NCBI RefSeq assembly: GCF_000737315.1
Contig: NZ_JMCB01000002.1
Span: 268,001 to 516,000, forward strand
Direction of reading: 5' to 3'
Source: Hyalangium minutum
GTDB taxonomy: Bacteria; Myxococcota; Myxococcia; Myxococcales; Myxococcaceae
Length of the DNA stretch: 248,000 bases
Positions within the stretch are counted from its first letter, which is position 1. Each line of letters opens with the position of its first letter. Below the pieces are notes generated by a model, which saw only the letters and a list, made by a program, of their open reading frames with translations, made no database searches and was not told the origin of the DNA. This document shows positions 158,634-166,477 of this stretch, piece after piece. A program made the translations under genes and the position numbers.

Positions 158634-159752
158634 ATGAAGCACTGGATGGGGTGGCTGCTGATCGCGGGGCTGGTGGCCGCATGTGACAAGAAGACGGAAG
158701 CTCCGGGCGCTGGTGCGCCACCGCCTACCACGGCTTCGGCCTCGGCGAAGCAGGCGCATGAGAACGAGCCGCACGAACATGCGTCTCCCCACGGCGGCTT
158801 GGTGGAGTCCTCTTCACGGGGGCATGTAGAACTGGTGGCCTCGCGGGATGGGAAGTACCGCGTGTACCTGCTCGATGACGACATGAAGGTGCGCCCGGTC
158901 GAGGGCGCCAGTGGTTCCATCAAGGTGGCCAAGGCGGGCTATCCCAATGTCGTGCTCGCTCCCGAGGGAGACCACCTGGTGGGGGAAGGACCAGCCCACA
159001 CGGACGAGCACCTGGCCATGGTGGTGACGGTGGTGCAGGGCGGGAAGCCAGAGACGCTCCGCTTCAACGCGCACCTGGAGGCGAAAGGCCACGCCGCTGC
159101 GGGGGCCGAGGGCATGAAGGCGCACGACCACACGCCGCTGCAGGGCGGCATGGTGGCGATGAGCGGAGAGCTGCACCTCGAGGTGCTCTCGCAGCGCTCG
159201 GGAGAGGTGCGTGTATGGGTGACGGATGCCTTCCGCAAGCCGGTGCCGCTCGAGGGGATGAAGGGGACGGTGAACGCTGGGGGCCAGAGCGTGCCGCTCA
159301 CGCCGGAGCCCGGAGGCCAGTTCCTGACGGCGAAGCTGTCGCCATCGGATCAGGAGCGCGAGACGACGGTGCGTCTGCCGATGCCGGGAGACCCGGAATA
159401 CTTCATCACCTTCCTGCTGACGCCGAAGGATGCGCGGGCGGCGGCCGCCTCGGCTCCGATCAAGTCGGAGGGGAGGGCCGCTCCGGAGGCGATGCAGGAG
159501 GTGACCATCAACGTGGCGGGCGGCTACCAGCCGAGCGAGGTGAGCCTGAAGAAGGGAGTGCCGGTCCGGCTGCGCTTCATTCGCAAGGACACGGGTGGGT
159601 GCTCGGAGGAGCTGGTCATCCCGGACTTCGGGGTGAAAAAGGCGCTGCCGGGGCTGACGGAGACGGTGGTGGAGTTCACGCCGGACAAGACGGGCACCTT
159701 CCCGTTCACGTGCGGCATGGGGATGTTGAAGGGCCAGCTCGTGGTGAACTGA
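158634..159752 (+). CDS. His-rich lipoprotein with C-terminal cupredoxin domain
   Basis: Lipobox VAAC; PHGG; FTCGMGM. Confidence 0.8.
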   Translation: MKHWMGWLLIAGLVAACDKKTEAPGAGAPPPTTASASAKQAHENEPHEHASPHGGLVESSSRGHVELVASRDGKYRVYLLDDDMKVRPVEGASGSIKVAKAGYPNVVLAPEGDHLVGEGPAHTDEHLAMVVTVVQGGKPETLRFNAHLEAKGHAAAGAEGMKAHDHTPLQGGMVAMSGELHLEVLSQRSGEVRVWVTDAFRKPVPLEGMKGTVNAGGQSVPLTPEPGGQFLTAKLSPSDQERETTVRLPMPGDPEYFITFLLTPKDARAAAASAPIKSEGRAAPEAMQEVTINVAGGYQPSEVSLKKGVPVRLRFIRKDTGGCSEELVIPDFGVKKALPGLTETVVEFTPDKTGTFPFTCGMGMLKGQLVVN

Positions 159753-159772
159753 AGGGAGCCGGAGGCGCGAGC

Positions 159773-160333
159773 ATGGAACGCATCGAGCGAGAGGACGGTG
159801 AGCCGGTGGTGAAGGCGCTGGTGGACAACCACCGGCACTTCCTCGCGTTCCTGGAGCGCCGCGTCGGTAGCCGCGCGGTGGCGGAGGAGCTGCTGCAGAG
159901 CGCCTTCGTGCGGTCGCTGGAAAAGAGCGGCGCGCTACGAGACGAGGAGCGGGCGGTGGCGTGGTTCTACCGGCTGCTGCGTAACGCGCTGGTGGACCAC
160001 TACCGCAAGCAGGCCGCCGAGGGCCGTGCTCTGGAGCACGAGGCGCGCGAGGCCACCGAGGTGGGACCGGATCCGGAGCTGAAACAGGCCGTCTGCGCCT
160101 GCGTGGGCGAGCTGCTCCCCACCCTGAAGCCCGAGTACTCGGAGCTGCTGCGTCAGGTGGAGCTGGAGGAGCGCAGCGTGCCGGAGGCCGCGGCGGCGGT
160201 GGGCATCACCCCGAACAACGCCGGAGTGAGGCTCCACCGGGCGCGTCAGGCGCTCAAGCGGCAGCTAGAGAAGAGCTGCGGCACCTGCGCCACCCACGGC
160301 TGCCTCGACTGCTCCTGCCAACGGCGCTGCTAG
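159773..160333 (+). CDS. CorE-like (ECF44-type) metal-responsive sigma factor
   Basis: Internal CAC motif and C-terminal CGTCATHGCLDCSC..RC Cys-rich domain. Confidence 0.8.
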   Translation: MERIEREDGEPVVKALVDNHRHFLAFLERRVGSRAVAEELLQSAFVRSLEKSGALRDEERAVAWFYRLLRNALVDHYRKQAAEGRALEHEAREATEVGPDPELKQAVCACVGELLPTLKPEYSELLRQVELEERSVPEAAAAVGITPNNAGVRLHRARQALKRQLEKSCGTCATHGCLDCSCQRRC

Positions 160334-160540
160334 GAGTTTGTTGAGGTAGACGAGGGCTCACTCACCGCGAGGACCGCCAGTCGAGACGACGCATGTGCAC
160401 TGAGCGACCAGGCACGTTCCCCTGCGTGGGTAGGGCGGTGCGACCTGGGGCCTTCCGTCTGTAAAGCATTGCGCGGTATCCTCCCAGGTTGGGCGAGCCG
160501 TAGGCGGTCTACGCCTCGGGCAATTGGAGGAGCCGAGACC

Positions 160541-161599
160541 ATGAGCCGGGTGCTGGAGCAGAAGGTCCTCGATTTGGCGAGCGGGCTGCTCGAATCTCAA
160601 GACCTCGCGCAGTTACAGGCGCGTACGGAGTCCCTCCTAGCGAAGCTCTTTCAAGCAGACCATGTGGCGTTCTGCCGGATGCATCCGGACCTGCCCACAT
160701 TGTTCGATTGGAAGGCGAGCACGACGGGACATTTCCTTCAGAGCTATTACCAGTGGTACCAGAACGACTTCGTCTTCCGTTGGCTCTCGCAACATCCCAA
160801 CATCGCGTCGAGCGACACGGAAATGCTTCGGGGTCGGAAGCTTGAGGAGACAGAGACGTATCGGCGCAGCCGCGAGTCGCATTTGGGCTTGAGGCATGTC
160901 CTCGCGGTTTTGCTGGCTCCCGAGGGCCAGCTGGGCAGTGGTGCCGTCGCGCTGTACACCGATCGAGACAAACCTTTCCCTGAGGAGAGTCGGCGTTTGC
161001 TGCAAAGGCTCACCCCCGCCCTATCGGGGGCGTTCGTGAACTTCGCTCGATTCGGTGCGCTGTCCTCTCACAACCAGCTCCTGGAAGAGCTGCTTGACCA
161101 GCATGGAACGCATACCATCGTGGTGGATGCCCAGCGGCGGGAGGTCTTCCGAATAGGAGCTGTCAGATCGTTGCTTGAAAACTGGTTCCCCTCGCGATCT
161201 GACCGGGACGAGGGGGGAATCCCTCGGGCCTGGAGAGATCGGATGGACGCGCTCATGACGGGGAGCGTCCCTCTCAATCTCCCAGCGGACTCATGGAGGG
161301 AGAAGCGGGGGCTGAGCACCTTGGAGGTGTGCTTCACCAGACTGCCGAGCATCAATGGCCGCAGCCTCTGGGAGTTACGGCTGAAGGAGGTCCATGTGGT
161401 ACCCGAAAAGTGGCGGCAAATACTGACGCCCAGACAGTTCGAGGCGGCTGCCCTCGTTGTTCAGGGCCTGGCAGACAAAGAGATCGCCGACAAGCTCGGT
161501 ATCACCGAGGACACGGCGAAGGACCACGTCCAGTCGGCCTACAAGAGATTGAAGGTATCGGGCCGGGCCGGACTCATCGCCCTGGCCTTGCGGTCCTGA
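160541..161599 (+). CDS. LuxR-type HTH regulator with GAF-like N-terminus
   Basis: LTPRQ.E...GLADKEIA..LGI...T...H. Confidence 0.85.
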   Translation: MSRVLEQKVLDLASGLLESQDLAQLQARTESLLAKLFQADHVAFCRMHPDLPTLFDWKASTTGHFLQSYYQWYQNDFVFRWLSQHPNIASSDTEMLRGRKLEETETYRRSRESHLGLRHVLAVLLAPEGQLGSGAVALYTDRDKPFPEESRRLLQRLTPALSGAFVNFARFGALSSHNQLLEELLDQHGTHTIVVDAQRREVFRIGAVRSLLENWFPSRSDRDEGGIPRAWRDRMDALMTGSVPLNLPADSWREKRGLSTLEVCFTRLPSINGRSLWELRLKEVHVVPEKWRQILTPRQFEAAALVVQGLADKEIADKLGITEDTAKDHVQSAYKRLKVSGRAGLIALALRS

Positions 161600-161707
161600 G
161601 ACACTTCGGCGCCGGAGCAAGCCCTTTCCAGAAGGACCCGCCCCGGCGCCCTCCGACGCGGTGTGTGCGGGGAGCGACGCCGGAAGCGGGACGGGACATC
161701 CGTCCCC

Positions 161708-162418
161708 TTAAGAGGGATGCGACGCGTTCTCGGGTGCCCCTTCCGTGAAGAGGCCCAGGTAGAGGACCCGGGTGGTGCGTGCGGACAGCAGCAGCGCGGC
161801 CTGCTCCTCCTCGTTCGTCAGGGGACTTAGCAGTGACGTCAGTTCCTCCACATGCCTCTCATCCGCGGTGCCGTGCGCCTTCAAGAAGGTGACGGCCTTG
161901 CGGATGTTGGGAATGGTGTTGGCCGCGAGCATCCGCTTCACCGACTGGCTGGCGCGGTGCACGGACAGGTACTCCAGCACGTAGGCCGTGCCCAGGAACG
162001 CCTCGGGCCGTCCGCAGCGCGAGGTGAAGCGGTTCCAGGCGACATAGGCAGTGACTGCGGGGGTGGGCACCTGCCGCTCGACGCGCTCGGCCGGCCAACC
162101 CAGGTTCTTCAGGTCCGCCAGCAGCCAGCGCTCATGCCCGCGCTCCTCGTTGGACTTCTGCAGGAGCAGGTCCCCCAATTGGGGGTGCAGGCCCAGGCGC
162201 TTCATGCGCCGGCCCGCCTCGGCCAACAGCGGAGTGGTCCACCGCGCGTAGTGATACGTCTGGATCAGGTAGTGGACGTAGCGGTCCTTGCCAATGCTGC
162301 CATCGAAGAGCCGCCGCGCCTCGGGGTGCGCGTCCAACTCCTCGAGCAGCGTGCGCGCTTCGTGCTCCAGGGCGGTGGGCCAATTCATCATGAAGGGGGA
162401 TTCGGTGTGCGAGTTCAT
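161708..162418 (-). CDS. Heme-oxygenase-like diiron (TenA/PqqC-fold) enzyme
   Basis: YL.QTYHY, EE.GHE, YVLE, H...DE.H. Confidence 0.8.
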   Translation of the reverse strand: MNSHTESPFMMNWPTALEHEARTLLEELDAHPEARRLFDGSIGKDRYVHYLIQTYHYARWTTPLLAEAGRRMKRLGLHPQLGDLLLQKSNEERGHERWLLADLKNLGWPAERVERQVPTPAVTAYVAWNRFTSRCGRPEAFLGTAYVLEYLSVHRASQSVKRMLAANTIPNIRKAVTFLKAHGTADERHVEELTSLLSPLTNEEEQAALLLSARTTRVLYLGLFTEGAPENASHPS

Positions 162419-162509
162419 GGACGTCTCCTGTTCGGGCCCCGGGATGGGGGACCGTGGGTGTGGATGTGAAGTGGGTGGGAAAGGGTGATTCGGAAGCCAG
162501 CGGCGCGGT

Positions 162510-163313
162510 TCAGCTGCGCGAGGTGCGGGCGGTCAGCTTGTCGAAGAACTTCCGCGTGCTGGCGGGAACATCATGGAGCGCCGCGACGAGTGGCAGGGAG
162601 AAGCGGCGGAAGCACGCGTCGTAGAGAGGCTCGGCGATGAAACGCGCCCCCAGCTTGCCGGAGAAGAGCGACAACACCCGGGGGAGGCACAGTCCTTCGA
162701 ACTGTCCCTGTCGAGCGCGCTCCCTCTCCTCTGGGGTGTAGATGGGCGCGGCCGGTGCCTCCGGGGGCTTGGGGTAGGCGAGCGTCCGCGCACGCCACTG
162801 GGGGCTCAGCAGGCCCTGGTGGGCCGCCACTTGGAAGAGGATGCGCGCGTCCTCGGCCGAGTCCGTCTCCGTGTTCGCGGAGGCGATCCAGTGCGTCACT
162901 CCCCGGCGGCGGCTCTCCTGATGGAGCCCGGCGTACAGCCACATGAGGACCGCGGAGTGGCGCCAGTCCTTGAGGATGCAGAAGCGGGTGGTCTCGGCGA
163001 ACACCCTGCCCGGACCCTCCAGGTCCGACAGGTCCACCTTGCTCTCCAGATCAATGCCCAGCCGGCCTCCGGTGGCGCGGGCCACCTCGGGGTTGGGCAG
163101 CAACAGGCGGGTGGTGGCCACGGGCACGCCATCCGCGTAGACGATGACGTGGGCGGTGGTCGCCAGCGTGTCGAAGCCATTGTTCTCCCGGGGCACCGCA
163201 TAGGCCGGGCGCTTGAGCAGTTCCAATTCCGTACCGAAGACCTCCCAGCGCACGCGCAGCGCATCATCGAGCTGCTGCTGGGTGGTGGCGATGTGGCAAG
163301 TCAGTGTTGTCAT
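162510..163313 (-). CDS. N-acyltransferase, FeeM/LuxI-like GNAT fold
   Basis: R.EVF, E..GFD, TRLL.P, AETTRFCI. Confidence 0.75.
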   Translation of the reverse strand: MTTLTCHIATTQQQLDDALRVRWEVFGTELELLKRPAYAVPRENNGFDTLATTAHVIVYADGVPVATTRLLLPNPEVARATGGRLGIDLESKVDLSDLEGPGRVFAETTRFCILKDWRHSAVLMWLYAGLHQESRRRGVTHWIASANTETDSAEDARILFQVAAHQGLLSPQWRARTLAYPKPPEAPAAPIYTPEERERARQGQFEGLCLPRVLSLFSGKLGARFIAEPLYDACFRRFSLPLVAALHDVPASTRKFFDKLTARTSRS

Positions 163314-163586
163314 GAACGCCTCCTGACGGCCCGGCGTCGTGCCGTGCCTTCAGGAAAATGTTCGTGGCCAGAGGCTCGAGTTCGCCGAGGCCTTCAGTTT
163401 TTCGGGCGGATAGGACGGGACGGGTAGTGTTTGTCAACCCCCCTAACAGGGTAGAGGCGTCGATCTCCCGAATGCTCCACCCTTGAACATCACCCGTGAG
163501 GTTCTGTCGAACTCCACCGCGCTGCACCGAAGAACCGGGTGAGATGCATTGACTGCATGGGCGACCAGTCCTGGCGAGGAGAGGGG

Positions 163587-164195
163587 ATGCGCAATCCATC
163601 AGCGGAAGAGGAAATGGTCTTGCACCAACGGCTCCTGGAGCGCGATCCGTTGGCCTACTTCGACGTCTTCCCCATGTACATGGAGCGGCTCGCGAAGAAG
163701 CTGGAGGGGCTTGGCTACGACGTCGATATTGCCCGCGATGCCGCCCTCGAGGCGGTCTTGGCCTACCGCAAGGCGCCGGAGCGCTACGATCCCAAGAAGG
163801 TGCACCCGTTCACATACCTTATGGTGTTGGCCAAAAATAAGGCGGTGGACCGGTGGCGCTCCGTCCAGGCACAGGCCCAACGAAATAAAAAGCAGGGCGA
163901 TGTCGAACTCTTGCTGAGGACTCCGAACGATCCCGTGGAGAGGATGGAGACCTACGTGAGGGTACGTCAGCTCGTGGATTTGCTAGAAAAAGGGGGAATT
164001 CTGAACGAGCGGGATCAGGCCATCCTCCGGCTTTTCCTGATGGGGGAAAGCTCAACCGAGGAGAAGGCGAAGGTGTTGCGGTTGCCCCCAATGTCCAAAG
164101 AGGACAGGAAATTGGAGGTGAAGCGGCACCAGGACCGCATCATGAAGTTGCTGGAGCGTTGGTTTCGGAAGGAGGATCCAGATGACGACCCCTGA
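163587..164195 (+). CDS. Sigma-70/ECF-like factor
   Basis: Region-2-like D..LEA...Y.P....FTYL...AKNKAVD.WR; region-4-like helix. Confidence 0.7.
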   Translation: MRNPSAEEEMVLHQRLLERDPLAYFDVFPMYMERLAKKLEGLGYDVDIARDAALEAVLAYRKAPERYDPKKVHPFTYLMVLAKNKAVDRWRSVQAQAQRNKKQGDVELLLRTPNDPVERMETYVRVRQLVDLLEKGGILNERDQAILRLFLMGESSTEEKAKVLRLPPMSKEDRKLEVKRHQDRIMKLLERWFRKEDPDDDP

Positions 164196-164559
164196 CTGGC
164201 TCAAGGCCGCGGCTGAACGCAGCGCGGAGGACCCCGCGTCGCTGGCCTATGTCTTCGCGCAATACCGGAAGCATGAAGGCAAGTCCGCCGAGGAGCTTGC
164301 CGCGATGCTGGGCTGCAGCATGAAGGTGCTCGATGAGCTCTCCTTGTGCCGGCGTCCCGAGCCGGATCGCTTCGCCGAACACCTGCGGATGTTTGAGAAG
164401 CGTTTCGCAGTGGATCCTCGCCGGCTCGCGGCGGTGCTCAGGCGGGTCGAGGTGTTGGATCTTCTTCCTGCGGACAAGGAGGGAGGGACTACCGCGCGTG
164501 ATGCCTCCTACCTGCTGGCGGCGCGAGACCACTCCAGCGATGACGAGACGAACTCATGA
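164182..164559 (+). CDS. XRE-like HTH protein
   Basis: S.EELAAMLGCS; overlaps both neighbours. Confidence 0.6.
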   Translation: MTTPDWLKAAAERSAEDPASLAYVFAQYRKHEGKSAEELAAMLGCSMKVLDELSLCRRPEPDRFAEHLRMFEKRFAVDPRRLAAVLRRVEVLDLLPADKEGGTTARDASYLLAARDHSSDDETNS

Positions 164560-165290
164560 GTGGAGGCTGGCTGGAAGAAGCCGTGAAGGACTGCGGCCTG
164601 CCTGCCTCCACCGTGTTTCCCAGGGACCTGGCCGAGGACATTCCCCTGGTGTTGCCGCTCACCGTGGTGCCCCTGCCGGGCCTCACTCCCCGGAAGGGGC
164701 TGGAGTGGCTGGTGTCTCACAAGCGCGCGCACGGAGGGCTCGCGGGGACGAATGACCTCAAGCATGGGTTCACGGTGGCCCATGCGGGTGTGGGAGTGCT
164801 CTTCCTGAACAGCACGGACCTGCCGAACGAGCAGCGCTTCACGCTGGCGCATGAAGTGGCCCATTTCGTCCTCGACCACCTCCAACCCCTGCGCCGGGCT
164901 CTGCATGCGACGGACGGGAGAATCCGCCCGGTGCTGAACGGTGAACGGGAGCCCACGGTCTCTGAACAACTGTTCTCCGTGTTGGAGCGCATTCCCTACC
165001 GCACCCAGGCCAACTTCATGGACCGCAACGACAAGGGAAAGCCCCGCACGGGCCAGGTGATGGAGCTGGAGCAGCGCGCGGATCGCCTGGCCTTCGAGTT
165101 GTTGGCGCCTCGGCAGGAGCTTCTGCCACTGCTCAACCGCGCGGGGCGGGAGGAACTGGAGGCCCACCTCGTCTCCCGCTTCGGGCTGCCAGTGAAGGAA
165201 GCGCGAACCTACGCGTGGTGGCTGCTGAGGGAGCGGCCTTCCCGGCGTCCCTTCCTGACGTGCGTAACGAATGATGAGGAGCGTGACTGA
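164556..165290 (+). CDS. ImmA/IrrE-family metallopeptidase
   Basis: QRFTLAHEVAHF (HExxH); E..ADRLAFELLAP. Confidence 0.9.
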   Translation: MSGGWLEEAVKDCGLPASTVFPRDLAEDIPLVLPLTVVPLPGLTPRKGLEWLVSHKRAHGGLAGTNDLKHGFTVAHAGVGVLFLNSTDLPNEQRFTLAHEVAHFVLDHLQPLRRALHATDGRIRPVLNGEREPTVSEQLFSVLERIPYRTQANFMDRNDKGKPRTGQVMELEQRADRLAFELLAPRQELLPLLNRAGREELEAHLVSRFGLPVKEARTYAWWLLRERPSRRPFLTCVTNDEERD

Positions 165291-166471
165291 TGGTGGCTCG
165301 TAGTGGCGCAGGGGGACCGGACCGCTTCATTGGAGATGATGACTACCGGTCGAGCTTCAAGGAGGACTTGGGGTCCACGCTGGATCTCAACAACTGGTCG
165401 ACGGGACTGGACGTCGAGAAGCTGGTTGCCGACATCCGGTCCCAGATCTCCCATTCGGCGACAGCCGAGGAGAGCATCCAGAAGACTGTCCGCACCGAGG
165501 TTCTTCGCAAGCTCAAGGAGTACTCCAAGCTCGACGTGGCGGGTGTCTATCCGGCCAGTGAGGAGCGGCTGCGGACAGTGTTCGAGGCGTTGTTGTTCCC
165601 GGGACGGGTCGAGGCCGTGACCAGCGTTGTCGCCTCTCATGACAGCTTGCCCCTGGGAATCACCCAGCTGGGTGTCGCCGTCGTTGGCTATAACGGCACG
165701 TCTGGAACGTTCTCCCAGCGGCTCTTCCGCAAGGAACTGTCCACGGAGGACGAGAATCCAGTCCAAGCCGCCATGGAGTGCATTCGCGAGCGGCACGAGC
165801 GCTCCGGGATGGGGCGCCGCGACATGCTGTCCAAGCTCGCGCGCCGGGGACTTCGGGACTACGCCGAGCGGGCCATCCTCCTGGACAAGGCCCAGGCGGA
165901 GTGGCGCATCGGCCAGGGCAATCCCTGCTCCCAGGAATTGCTCTCCGGTTCAGGCTATCCCCGCCTGCTGATGGCCTCGCTCGAGATGCTGAGCAGGCTC
166001 ATTGGAGGGCACAAGAAGTTCGTGTTCGTCCCTCATGCCCTGGAAGAGCGAGGTTACCTGACGCTCGGACACGCTCTTCGGGCCGGTGAATACGCCATCA
166101 TCCAGACGCTCGAGTCCGACAGTGCCTACTTCGTCGAGCGGTGGAGCTATCCCGATGAGCAGCTCAGGGACAAGGCGCTCGAGTTCGTGAGGAAGTATTG
166201 CAGGGACATCCTCATTGGTCTCTTCCGGTCCTCCGAACACGCGCCCCCTTCTCTCTTCTTCGCGCACCGGGAGCACGTGCACGTCGCGGCACACATCGTG
166301 ATGGCGGACAGTCTCATCCACCCCAAACGAGGTTTTCCCATGCTGCTCGAAGTCGCGGATTCCTCCTGCAGGGGCGTGTTTGGCACGGACTCCTTCCAAG
166401 GGCTTGTCCAGGACGCCTACACGCGCGCGGGTGGCAAGTACGAGTACTTCAACGAGCGGCACTGGCGGTAG
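165290..166471 (+). CDS. NurA-like (RNase H-fold) protein, first catalytic Asp absent
   Basis: VEAVTS in place of V.AVDG; YAER helix; C-terminal GFP.LL..AD; precedes herA. Confidence 0.65.
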   Translation: MVARSGAGGPDRFIGDDDYRSSFKEDLGSTLDLNNWSTGLDVEKLVADIRSQISHSATAEESIQKTVRTEVLRKLKEYSKLDVAGVYPASEERLRTVFEALLFPGRVEAVTSVVASHDSLPLGITQLGVAVVGYNGTSGTFSQRLFRKELSTEDENPVQAAMECIRERHERSGMGRRDMLSKLARRGLRDYAERAILLDKAQAEWRIGQGNPCSQELLSGSGYPRLLMASLEMLSRLIGGHKKFVFVPHALEERGYLTLGHALRAGEYAIIQTLESDSAYFVERWSYPDEQLRDKALEFVRKYCRDILIGLFRSSEHAPPSLFFAHREHVHVAAHIVMADSLIHPKRGFPMLLEVADSSCRGVFGTDSFQGLVQDAYTRAGGKYEYFNERHWR

Positions 166472-166477
166472 CGGGAG

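Noticed and set aside
162510-163313. Bona fide luxI AHL synthase
   Set aside because: Only part of the LuxI N-terminal motif set is evident and the partner LuxR lacks a recognisable autoinducer-binding signature; left as FeeM/LuxI-like.
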